From assembly GCF_009834535.1 (NCBI RefSeq), contig NC_045698.1:2172001-2236000 (forward strand): a stretch of 64,000 nt of DNA, in the 5' to 3' direction. The notes beneath the pieces were generated by a model, which saw nothing but the letters and a program-made list of their open reading frames with translations, did no database searches and was not told where the DNA came from. A program made the translations under genes and the position numbers. Shown here in pieces: positions 35,701-47,195 of the stretch; the stretch's first letter is position 1, and every line of letters starts with the position of its first letter. The DNA comes from Camelus ferus (Eukaryota).

Positions 35701-37904
35701 TTAAGCTGCTGAGATCTTGACCTTCTGGGGCTCCTCTCTTGACAGTAGCTCACTGTGAAACAGTATTATGAGCAAAGAGTAAAAGGACAAAAAAGATTGA
35801 CATAAAAAGGCAAATCAGCATGTTTAATGCCTTGTTATTTGAGGCATAAACAGACACCTGCTCATCCCTCTCACTTATCTGAGGCCTCGAATCTCTTCAT
35901 TTGAGGATGATTCTCCATCCGTCTGCCCTTCCTGTGCACCTCTACAGAGCATGCGTGTTTTCTATGCCTTTCTATTTCCATACATCTATGTGACCACCTC
36001 ACGATGCCCCTGGAATTTTTTTCTGCTTTATTTGTGTATTGTTGTTTCAAATAGAGAGACATATCTGTTACAGTCACATTTCATTGTGCTGCAAAATATG
36101 GGACAATTTCCTTTGGTTAGCTGAGTGCAGCGCCCTGGCTCAGCCACTGCGCATCTCTTTATTTTGCTTTCTCAGGGGCTCCACAGGCTCTCAGGACCGT
36201 GGTAGCTGCAGCTCCTGCTCACCGGCAGGCAGGAGCCCTAGGGCCTAATCTAACTTCCTAATTAACAGCCTCGTCCCTCCTGCCTCAGGTGTGCAGGGCA
36301 CTCCTCAGACACAGACTCCACCACAGCTTCCTAGGGGTGGGAAATTGCTCCGAGGAAAGGCAGGCAAAGGTCAGATCTTAGAAAGGAAGTGATAGTCCTT
36401 TGGAAATTGCAAGGGTCAGCTCGATAATCACCCAGCTGAAGTGAGCCACAGCCCAGGCCCCAAGTTGCAGAACATACTGCACCTCTTTAGTGATGACTCG
36501 GGGCCTTCTTAATCTTTGCGATGCATGTGTGTCTCTTGAGCATTCATGATGGGCACCGACTTTCCTCTGATACACTCTCCTATGTCTGAGTTTCTCTGTC
36601 CTGGACACTTAAATAGGTGCTTTTCCACTCCTACAAACAAAGCTGAGACCATGAGCTCGGCTGAGACTGCTGGCTGCATCCCTGAGTTTTTTCCTAGAGA
36701 CAGTCCTTCAGTGGAATTTCTGGGCTGAAATTGTGGCCGTGCTAAAACTCTTACTATACACTGGCAAAATGCTCTACAGAAAATGTGTGCCAAATTTAAA
36801 ATTGTGCTGAAACTGAGAAGTGGCCCAGAGCATCTGGGACAAGACTCAGCACTGCCTGCTGGATCCTGATGGACCAGGCAAAGGTTTAACATGCATCTTA
36901 TCTGGATGCAATGATGTTGGAAAATCATTTCCTAACTTTACTGGGTATCTTTGTTTCTTACCTTGTATTTTCAAATTTGTCTTTTTTTTCATTGAATTTT
37001 TTTGGTAGAAATTATGCTTTAAGAATTACCCAACACATAGATTACAGATCCACTTGAAAAAGTGGATTTTTTTCTCCATTTAGGGTATTTTTAATGTCAT
37101 AAACTTCCATCGCAATGGAGATTTTCCAGTGCCTAATGTGCTTAAAATGTCTCATTTCTCAGATCAGAGAGAGAAAAAAATTGTTTTCATTCTGTACAGT
37201 ATTTCTTTACTCTACTCAAAGAGTATTTTTCAAAGGGTATAATTTGGGTTTCTGTCGTTTTTTTCAAATACTCATTTTGGAAAATTATTTTCTGAATGAT
37301 GCTTCCCTCCTCATTTTTTTCTGTTTCTTGCATTTTTGGCCAAAAAGCAAGTCCAGAACCAGAGGAGGGGAGCGTCATTCTATTCTCCTGATCATCAGCC
37401 CGAGGGTGAGTCCTGGTCAGTGGACAAGGTCATCTCATATCGTGAATGACAGAGACCCACCCGTCACTCTTATTTTTAAGCATTTTCTTATTGACACTTG
37501 TTGCTGTGTTCCGGCTGAAGTATAGAGCCTTCAGCGTCAAGGTGGAAAACCTGGCTGGGACTGGCAGCAAATCTGGGCCTGGCGGGGAGTGAGCAGCTCA
37601 CATCTCTGGAACTTCCTGTGGGGCCTGTGTCAGAGCCAGTGTGCTCTGTGTGTGACTGTGCTGCTCTCCCACTGGTGAAGGTACCACCATTTCGAGACGA
37701 GAAACCTGAGACAGAAAGAGACCTGGGTTTCACAGGAACAGAGAGCGAGCCGACACGTGGCCCAGACAGACTGCGGACCCACCGCCTCGTCCCCCCGCGT
37801 CACAAACAGCAGAGACCTCTCCTTGCTTGGCATCGCGTTCTCTGTCAGTGGCGTCTCCAGTAGCGTACCTTCACACAGAATTCACACACTTGAGTAGGTT
37901 ATAT

Positions 37905-39770
37905 ATAAAAGCTTCAAGAGATTTTAACTTCTCCCATAAAATGCTTAGTCATATTTTCCTAGATTTATTACTAGAGTCTTTGCTGCTGTTGTAAAAGGTG
38001 CACCTTTACGGACTTGTGTGTGTGGATGGAGGCAGTGAGTGTGGCTACCTTGTTGTGGTTGCTGTTATTATATTGTTCTTTATCCTGAAATCCTAATGAA
38101 TTGTTTCATGGTGCCCAAGAGGTTGCTGATTTTCTGGAATTTTCAATATAGATAATCATGCCTTCTACAAACAAGGAAAATAGTGTCTCATCCTTCCTAA
38201 TGCCTACTCATTGTATTTTTTGTTTCTTTTTTAACATATAATGTCTCTGAATTGGAGGTTTTAAAAAATGTTAAATAGAAGGAGGTGAGGTGGACAATCT
38301 TGATTTCTTCCTGATTTAATAAAAACACTTCTAATCTCCCATTATTAAGGAGTATACAGTCTCTGGTGGGTGACTTTATTGCAATAGTGACGTCTTCCTG
38401 GTTCTCCAAGACTTTCTCTTGAATGAGTGTCGAATTTTATACAATTTTGCCTCTAATGAGATTACATGTTTTATTTTTTTCTCTTTAAATATATTAATCT
38501 GTGTTAATTAGGTTGATAGATGTTTTAATATCAAATCATCCTCATAGTCTGAAGACAAATGCTACTTATAAACTACATACAGTTTTTACATATACTACTA
38601 AACTTGCTCCTTTTGAGTAAATATTATATTATTTTATCTGCTCTATTAGATTTTTTGTTTCATGTTTATTATCACTCTGTAGTCATCTCAAAAATTTTAA
38701 AAAATGGATAGTTAACCTATCACCACTTCCCTTAAGTTAGCACCTTTATACAGCCCTGCAATGAAATACCCAAGAGCAATCTGACTTGACTTTACACCCC
38801 TGCTTTTTTACTTACTGTCGTGTATTTTATTTCCATACATGTTACGTGCCCCTAAGACATTGCTATTATTTTTGTTTTAAACAGATAATATATTTTAGTT
38901 ATATTTTTCTTTTTCAATGATCTTTCTTTGCCCCATTTCTCTGCCTTTTTTCTTGAATCACATTCTTTGCTCCTGAAGAAGCTCCTTTCCTATTTCTCAT
39001 AGCGTGAAATCTGATGGAAATAAATGCTCTCAGCTTTTATTTGTCAAAAAAGTCTTTATTTCCCTTTAATTTTGAGCAATATTTTCACAGAGCTTCAGTC
39101 GGTCACTGTCCCCTTCCCCTGAGGTTTACAGATGCCCCATCCCAGTGCTTTTAATATTTCCCTTTATCTTTGGTTTTAAACAATCAGACAATGACATGAT
39201 TAACTGTAGTTTTCTCTGCATTGTGCCTTGAGTCTGCTAAGTTTTTGTAAGCTGTAAGTCAGTCTTTTATCATCTGGAAAGTTCTGGGTGACTACTTTTC
39301 AATACTGCTTCTGTTTTGTTCCTTCATTCAAATCTTCACTCATATTTCTCTGTTTTGTTGTTTCCATTCTTTCTTAGCTCTAAAATTGAGCCCAAGCATT
39401 ATATTCTGAATTCTTTTCAAGTTTACAAATTCTATCTTCTGCTTTAACTTTAAAATTAACTCAATATGCATGTTTTAAAAATTTTAGATGTTTAGTTTGT
39501 GGTTCAGTAATGCTCATTTGAGTACATTTTGCTCACACTTGTTTGTCTGTGTGTCCATATCAGTCACAGTCATTTTGAAGTCTTTACCCACTAAAATGGT
39601 ATTTGAGTTCTCGCTTACCTGCTTCTATTGAATATTTTACCTCTTGACTCTTTACCATTTTTCCCTGACTCTGCACATGTGTGTGTGTATGTATTTATCG
39701 TGTGTTGGAGTTAGTCTGTGATTTACTGTGAGGACTTTGGATTCTGTTTTTTTCCTCTAAAGAGGGTTCA
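37905..39770 (-). mobile_element. Ancient LINE-1 (L1M) ORF2/ORF1 remnants
   Basis: Antisense RT-region sequence (gaattttcaatatagataatcatgcc...aaatagaaggaggtgaggtggacaatcttg...ttcctgatttaa) and ORF1-region sequence (ctctcagcttttatttgtcaaaaaagtctttatttccctt). T-rich on the + strand. Confidence 0.7.
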
Positions 39771-40274
39771 TTTTTTTTTTTTTTACTTTTTCCACTAAAT
39801 TTGATTTATTATCATTTTTATGTGTATTTTACACACATAGGCATAGTTTCATTGTGATTGCTTCTTTAACTTGTGAATTCGATGTGGGTTGTTTGATTTA
39901 GAATACATCAAGACGGAGGCATTTTTTGGTTGTGAATTTCCAGTTTCATCCACAGCTGTCGGTGTCCAAAGGGAGAAGCAGGGAGGTGGCAGCATCAGGG
40001 GAGGGGTGTCTTCTCCTCCATCCTATTTCCTCAAGGAGGAGGCCCTTTCCCAGAAGCTCGAGCATCTGTCCTCTTAAGTGTCTTAACAGAACACAGTCCC
40101 TGGACTCAATCCCTGGCAAAGAGGAAAGGCCAATCCTGCATCACCCTCCAGAGTTTGGTCACCCAGACACGGTCAGTCCAGCAGAGAAGGAAGGTGCCAG
40201 TGTGGGGTCGCTGACCAGCAAAGTCTGCCACAAGCATTGGGCAGAGTCACCACGTGTGCCCTGACAGATTAGTG

Positions 40275-40362
40275 CTCCTTAGTCAGAGCTGCTATAATAA
40301 AATGCCACAGCTTTGGTGGCCCAAACAACAGTATTTAGTTTCTCATAGTTCTGGAGGCTGGA
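40275..40362 (-). mobile_element. MLT1 LTR 3' fragment
   Basis: cttagtcagagctgctataataaaatgccacag...aaacaacag...ttctcatagttctggaggctgga. Confidence 0.75.
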
Positions 40363-41759
40363 CAGACACTTGTCTGTGCTCTGAGTCTTCAGAACCTGGA
40401 AGAGCACCTGACAGTAGTTAGTACTGATAAGTATCTTCTGAAGCACTCAGCTGAGCGCCGCTGTGACTCGTGTCTCTCTGTTAGTTAATAAGTTGGAATG
40501 TTTTCCTCTTAGGTGGGCCTCCCATTCATGTTTGTGTCTTTCGTGGCTTCCTGATCATTTTCTTTGTCATTTCACACCATGACTGTTAGTAAACTCACAT
40601 CACTCCACCCCAGAAGAGCTGGGGTCTCCTGGTGGTGACCCCTGCTTCTGCTCAAGTTGACCCACAGTGCAGCCCAATCATACTGGAGGCAAAGCTTCAT
40701 CCACGCACCAAAGCTGGGACCCGCCACCCTGCCCAGCTGCTCCTCCAGCACAGAAGGATCAGCTTCATCGTCGCACCTGAGATGCCTGCTGAACGCAGCT
40801 CCCTGCAGGTGAGAGAGCAGACGTCACGGCTGAGCCCCCACATCCGGGAGCTGGGGCCCTGTCACCACAGCTGTCTGTTGAGCAGCAGCAGATTCTAATA
40901 AGGCACCTATTTGAGGGAAGCATGCCCCAGCCCCCTGGTGAGGTGTTTATGATTTGTTCACGGGCATTAGCCAATTTTGCTCAAATGTGCACTGGACCGT
41001 GTTTCTGCACATTTCATGAATAATTAAAAAGTGGAAGTCTAAACAGTCCACGTGTGGGGATTTGTGTGTGATTCTCACAGTAATGACAATCGCCCAGGTC
41101 TCAGAACTTCATCAAGAACACAGGACATTCCGACAGCAGCTTGTTGGTGATGTCAGCTGCATGGGAAATTTAAATCCTCCTTTAAAAGGTGACTCATGGT
41201 GTCTGTATTTTTGAGGATGGTGTCTCTTAACAAAAAGAAAAAGAATGATGGCTTTAAAATGGTCAAATGGTGCTTTCCCACAGCCTATGTGAACTCAGAA
41301 CACAGTCGAATAGTGCAGCATTTTCAATGTCCTTTATCTGTTTTCACCCACAAAGGCTAATGTGTTTTCTACTTATGATAAATCCATTTTAAACAATAAC
41401 CCCTCTGACCTCTCTGCCAGGAGGCAATTGGAAGCAAATGATGTGGTGTCCCTGACGTTCAGCATTTCCCAGGAGTCTAGCCCTAAATTTTCATGGTGGA
41501 GTTGCTCGTGGTGGGTCTGCTCCGAGGGTCCCCTGGGGCAAAATCCTGTCCAGTACCATGGACACTTCCACCCTCTCCCTGCGCCTGCCTGGCCCCACCA
41601 GGCGGGACTTCCCGGTCCCTTGGCTGGGACTCTCCCTTCAGGGCTGAGATCGTCTCTACCCCTCCCCCGCGGTTCTCTCTCTACCCCTCATCCCCTGCTG
41701 TTGGGATCAGGTCTGCCTCTGCCCCCTCACCCTCAAGGCCCTCCTTTCACCCAGAGAAG

Positions 41760-42170
41760 AACCACAGTCCTGACACGGTCCTGGCCCTCGCCTGTGCCGC
41801 TCTCCCTGGCAGCCCCCGGCCCCTCCGCTCACCCCTCGCTGGCTGCACACACAGCCTGCCTGGGGCCCTGACCCTGCCCTCCCTCCTCTGTCCAGAACAT
41901 TCCGGCTCTGATGGCCATGCCTCTCTCCTTCCCTGTCTTCTGGACTCTGTCCAAAGTCACTCAGCAGAGAGACTGTCTCAGCACCCCGCCCCCAAGCCAG
42001 GCCCCACCCTTGACCCACCTCAGACGGGGAGGGGGCGCTCCTTTAGCTACTGACGATCTGCCCCCACAGCCGTGTGGGTGCCACGCAAGCAGGTTTCCTT
42101 CTCTTCCGTTCACTGTGGGTCTGGGATGAGAAGGCTTTACCCACAACGAGTAGTCAGTGTTTGTTGGACA
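41760..42170 (+). mobile_element. L2 fragment (degenerate)
   Basis: cctctgtccagaacattcc...ccaaagtcactcagcagagagactgtctc...gtgtttgttgga. Confidence 0.45.
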
Positions 42171-42459
42171 AATAGGTCCCCAAAGTGTCCTAAGGTCTGA
42201 CTTTCTCCGCAATCAGGAGCACCGTGACCCCCAGCATCCGGCACCTAAGAATTGTCTTCAGTATTTGGAAAGTTGAGAAATGTGACCGGCAAGAAAGCTG
42301 GAAAATGTGATGCAGTGTGAACCCAGGTTTGTCCCCAGGGAGTTTCAGTGGTGCCTCGGCCGGAAGGTCACGGCCACGTGACTTCTTTCCCCCTTGCCAT
42401 TGACAGTTTTGCAGAAGTCAACTCCATATTCACACATCGCTCAATCCAACCAGCCGGCC

Positions 42460-43250
42460 AGGTGCCCGGCGGTGCGCGCCTGTGTGTGGGCGCGGCTGCA
42501 GCCGTCTGACGGCAAACGACTACGTGGTCCGGCAGGACTCATCTCTGGAGGGGGCTTTCCTGAAGGGGCTGAGCTATGTCTCGGTGACATTTCTGTGTAT
42601 GTTATGCAGGGGAGTGGGTGGGGCAGGGGAGAAAAAAGAAGAGGGAATCAAAGAGAGAAGAAGGAAAAAAGGATAGTAAAGGACGTGGCTTGTTCTGGCT
42701 GGAGATTCAATATTTATTTCTTCCCATTTTAATGGTAAATAGAGCAAGCCTTCCTGACTGTTGTTCCTTTGAAAATGCAATTATTAGACTGTGAATTGCA
42801 GAGGCTGGAGAGCAAATCAAACAAACAAAAGATGATTTCTATTTCCTCGCTCGACCGTCTGTCCAAACCAATGAAAGCAATTCAAAGCCAGGGTCTGGGA
42901 ACCAGTAGCCCATATAACACACACGGAGGCCCATTCCGTGCAGATGCAAAAGACTAAGATAAGAAAGGAAAGGGGGAATCTATATAAAAGAGGACCATCT
43001 CGGCCCTGGGAGCACAGGGGAGTTGCCTTCGCTGCGATGACGGGAGAAAAGTAGACAAGCAGTGGCTTCGGGCCACACGGCGCAGCCGGCGGTGTCAGCG
43101 CCAATGTCCTGCGACTCCAGCCCGACGACTCGGGGGCGCGAGCCCTCCGCCACAGCCCTTCCGCCTCCCGGGGGGACCTGCCCCCGCCGCCGCGGCCCTG
43201 CGCGCTGTCTCCCTCCCTGCCGCTACCTGGCCGGCCTCTAATGTGTTTTT
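42460..43250 (+). promoter_or_regulatory. CpG-rich patch with CCAAT and TATA motifs (candidate promoter)
   Basis: CCAAT at 42868-42872, TATATAAAAG at 42981-42990, CpG-dense sequence at 43030-43240. Confidence 0.35.
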
Positions 43251-43869
43251 TCTCAGTGCTCCCTCCGTAATGATCCCTGTCTCCCACAAAGGCCACAGTG
43301 TAAACGAGACGTGGCAGGCTGCAGTGAGGCGGTGTTTAAATTGAAATATTATAGGAAGGGCAGCACACGGCAGACCTTTGATGTAACAGCCCCTGTCTCA
43401 GAGGGGAGCTGGGAATACAGAAGCCATTGTCGGCCGCACAAAGTCCGTCATCCGTGCCAAGAGGGAGAGAAGAGAGCAGACAGAGTCAATAAAAATAATT
43501 CCAATTGGGTAAGCCAAGTGGGGGCTGGGAGTTCGCAAAGCTGGACGTGTGCCCTGACGGCCCCTGGCTCCGGAAAATAAAAGCAAGGGGGGCCACCAGG
43601 CTTATTTAAAGTGGCTTAGAACACGTTTCTGTATGATGGTCATCTTGTTGTCGTTAGAAAAACAAACACATAAATACAAACCATGAATGAAATGAACCTG
43701 TAAATTAAACCATAAAATTGCTTGGGAAAGACCCCTTAGGACAAATGTGAAGATCGTGGGAGCGAGAGCAGGGCAGCCCGAGGGAGTGTCTGCACCCTTA
43801 CTTGTTTTAAGGCTTGATGGAGATCCCTTTTCGGTCAATAACTTCCTTGTGCGTCGCCCTAAGAACAGA

Positions 43870-45290
43870 TGTGCTCACAGGTGACACGATCCCATGCGGA
43901 GAAAACCTGAAAGATTCCACGAAGGAAAAGCAGAGCCCCGTCAGAACCGATAATGCATTCAGCGAAGTTGCAGAAGATAAAACCAACACACAAAAAACCA
44001 GCTGCCTTTGTAGACACCGGCAATGATCAATCCAAAAAGAACATTTTTTTTAATTCCATTTATAATAGCATGAAAAGGAACAACATCGCTTAGGAATAAA
44101 CCTATCCAAGGAGGGGAAATACTTGAACACTGAAAACTACAAAACATTGCTGAAAGAAAATAAAGACATAAATGGAAAGAGAGTTAATAGTTAATATTAA
44201 GATATCAATATACTACCCAAAGGGATCTACAGATTCAGTACAATTGGAATCAAAATCTCGGCAATGTTTTTTACAGAATGAGAAAAAAATCTATCTTAAA
44301 TTTCATATGGAATTTCAAGGGACCCTGAACGGCCAAAGCAATCTTGAAAAAGAAGTATGGAGTCGGCAGTCTCACCCTTTTTGATTTCAAAGCTTACTAC
44401 AGAGCTACAGCAACCAGAGAGTGTGGTGCTGGCATAAAGACAGACATACAGACCAACGGAATAGAACAGAGGGCCCAGAAATGAGCCCTCAGGTATATAC
44501 GGTCAAACGATTTCCAACAAAGATGTCAAACCATTCAGTGGAGAAATGACAGTATTTTCAATACATGATGTTGAGTAAACTGGATATCCCAATGCAGAAA
44601 AGAATAAATTTAGACCTTTATCTCATATCATATACAAAAATTAACACATCATGGGCCAGGGACCTCAAAGAACTATAAAGCTCTTAGAAGAAAAGTTAGA
44701 AGACACGCTTCATGACATTGCACTTGACAATGACTTCTTGGATGTGACCCCAGAAGTACAAGTAACAACAATAACAACAAAAAATCAGATACATTGGACT
44801 TCTGGATTTTAATCATCAAAAATTAGAAACCTTTGTGCATCAAAGGATACAGTCAACAGAGTCATCTCACAGACTGAGAGAAAATAGTTGCAGTATCTGA
44901 TAAGGAGTTACTATTCAACTTATATAAAGAACTCCTACAACTCAATAACAGAACAACCCAATTAAAAACAGACAAAGGACTTGGATAGACATCCCTCCAA
45001 AGATACACAAACAGCCCATAGTGCATAAAAATATGCTGAACATCACTTATCATCAGGGAACTGCAAATCAAACCTCAGTGAGATACCAGATCACACGCAC
45101 TGAATGACTGTTAGGGAAAAAACATTGGTGAGGATGTGGAGAGCTTGGAACCGCTGTGCACCGTTGGTGAGAATGTACAATGGCTCAGCTGCTGTGGAAA
45201 GCAGTGGGTCTAGTGGGTCCTGTAAAAACTAAACATGGAATTACTGTATGATTCAGCATGTCCCCTCCTGGGTATTTGCTCAACAGAAAG
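43870..45290 (+). mobile_element. LINE-1 ORF2 3' portion (L1MB-like), decayed
   Basis: attccatttataatagcat...aggaataaacctatccaagg...gaaaactacaaaacattgctgaaagaaa...ggcataaagacagacatacagaccaacggaatagaacagag...ggtgaggatgtggagagcttggaacc. Confidence 0.9.
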
Positions 45291-46729
45291 AAGGTGCACA
45301 AGGACGTCGAGCGGTGCCGGCGCAGGAGGGGATATATCACAGTCACGTGGACTCTTACAAGAAGCAGTTGTCCTGTTGTCAGTAAAACAGTTGTTTCCAG
45401 TTAAAATAATTTGTCTTACTCTGTCAGAGGCTGAGTGATTCTGAATGAGTTAAAGCATCTGATTCAAGTCAAATATTCCAATCAGCTGCTTCTTCCACAA
45501 GGAAGGGTGCAGAAAGGTGGCCAGACTCTTCAGCTGCCGTGGTCAATGTCACTGAGCAGTGGGAGTGAATTAAAGCCCCCGAATCAAAGTTTGGCTTCCT
45601 CCTGTGGTCTGTAGGATGGCCTGTCGAGTGGGGAGACACAGAAGTATCTGGGCAGCGGAGCCCAAAATAAAACAGCTCCTGTCCTGCAGCTGCGGGTTTT
45701 TTTTCTTTTTCTCTTTTTTTCATGCTTTGTACTGGGGTAGAAAGAGCAAGAAAGCGGAATTTCAGGCTTTCAGCCTTGTCTGAGCCTGTTGCCGTCCTCA
45801 GCTGCCTCATGATAAGAAGAGAGAGAGAGAAGTGACGTTAATTAGAGCCACACTGTGCAGCTCACTGGGGGGCTATAAAAGTAACAGGAGATGACGGACA
45901 AGAAAACACTTCGAAGTTTAAAACTGATGCACAGTAGGCTATTAGTTTTATTACTGAATGACGTATCTCGTCAAGGAGATGCTTGTTCAGAGTGTCTTTC
46001 TAGCCCCTAAATTATACCAACAATAAAAGAAAACATGAGCTTGTTGGGGGAATAAACTGACATTGTTCTCTTAGACAATTGCTATTCACCATCATGCTTT
46101 AGCTCATAAAATAAGTTTTAGATTTTGCTGTATGATTGATAGGATCGGGTGGTCCCAGGCAAACTGGGACTGTTAAGAGAGTCCTCTGGCCATTAAAATG
46201 CATTGTCCTCTGTGTCTCGTGGCTGAATGTCTTCTCAAATGTCTCATCAGTTCATGGATTCGTTCATTCCCAGAGTGTTCAGTGAATGGCTCCTGGGCAC
46301 CACAGCAGCCCCAGGGGCTGTGGGGTGATATGGGTTTCCCCTGCGGCGTTTGCTGTACAGAGTAACTACAAAGCCAGGGAGTGATTCAGACCCTCTAAGA
46401 CCAGGTGTCCAAGTCTGGGCGTGGGCAGGGAGGCAGTTGCTACCAGGGAGAAGCAGAGGAAGCCCCACGGCCCTGGTGTCAGCATGGCCGAGACTGGACC
46501 GTTCGCAGGCAGGTGTGGCTGTGGCCTGAGAAGAAAGAGAGTGGGCAAAGGATAGAGAATACGGACTCACCTGTCCCCAGTTTCATTTCTCACCACCACA
46601 TTTCAACCCCTTCGCACACTCTCCTGTGGAACTCTTTTTTGCTGGGTGCCCACAGAGGCACACACACTCTCCCAAGGGGCTGCGGTGAGGCCAGAGGCAT
46701 CGCAGGCGTGCACCGCGTAGCAACATCAC

Positions 46730-47195
46730 ACAACGTTGACTGAGCCCTTGCTGTGAACTAGGCTTTGGAGATGCAGAGAAGTCAGTCCGAGCTTCTCCCT
46801 CAAGGAACTAGCAGTGTGGTGGCACCAACTGAAAACACACAAGGAGGCAAATGAAGGAATGACCTGGTCTCATTCGTGCAACGAAGGAAGACGAGCCAGG
46901 TCACTGGCAGGGAGAGTGATGAGGCGGGCAGGGACAGTGGAGCTGGAGGAACCAGGGACAGCTTCTCTGGGGGGAGCACTTCTGAGGAGAGCCCTAGATG
47001 AGGAGAGGGAGTGAGGGAGAGCAGGACCAGGGGGAAGGGTGTTCCAGGCAGAGGGAACTGCCCTCTAAGGCTCTGAGTGAGAGTGAGCAGGGTGTGCTGG
47101 AGGTGAGTGTGGCTGAGCCCATGAAAGCGGGTGTGGCCCCAGAGGAAGCAGAGGGGCCATGGGGAGGGCAGGACACAGGGCAAAGCGCTTGAGGT
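46730..47195 (-). mobile_element. L2 LINE
   Basis: ttgactgagcccttgctgtg...ccctcaaggaactagcag...gggggaagggtgttccaggcagagggaac. Confidence 0.75.
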
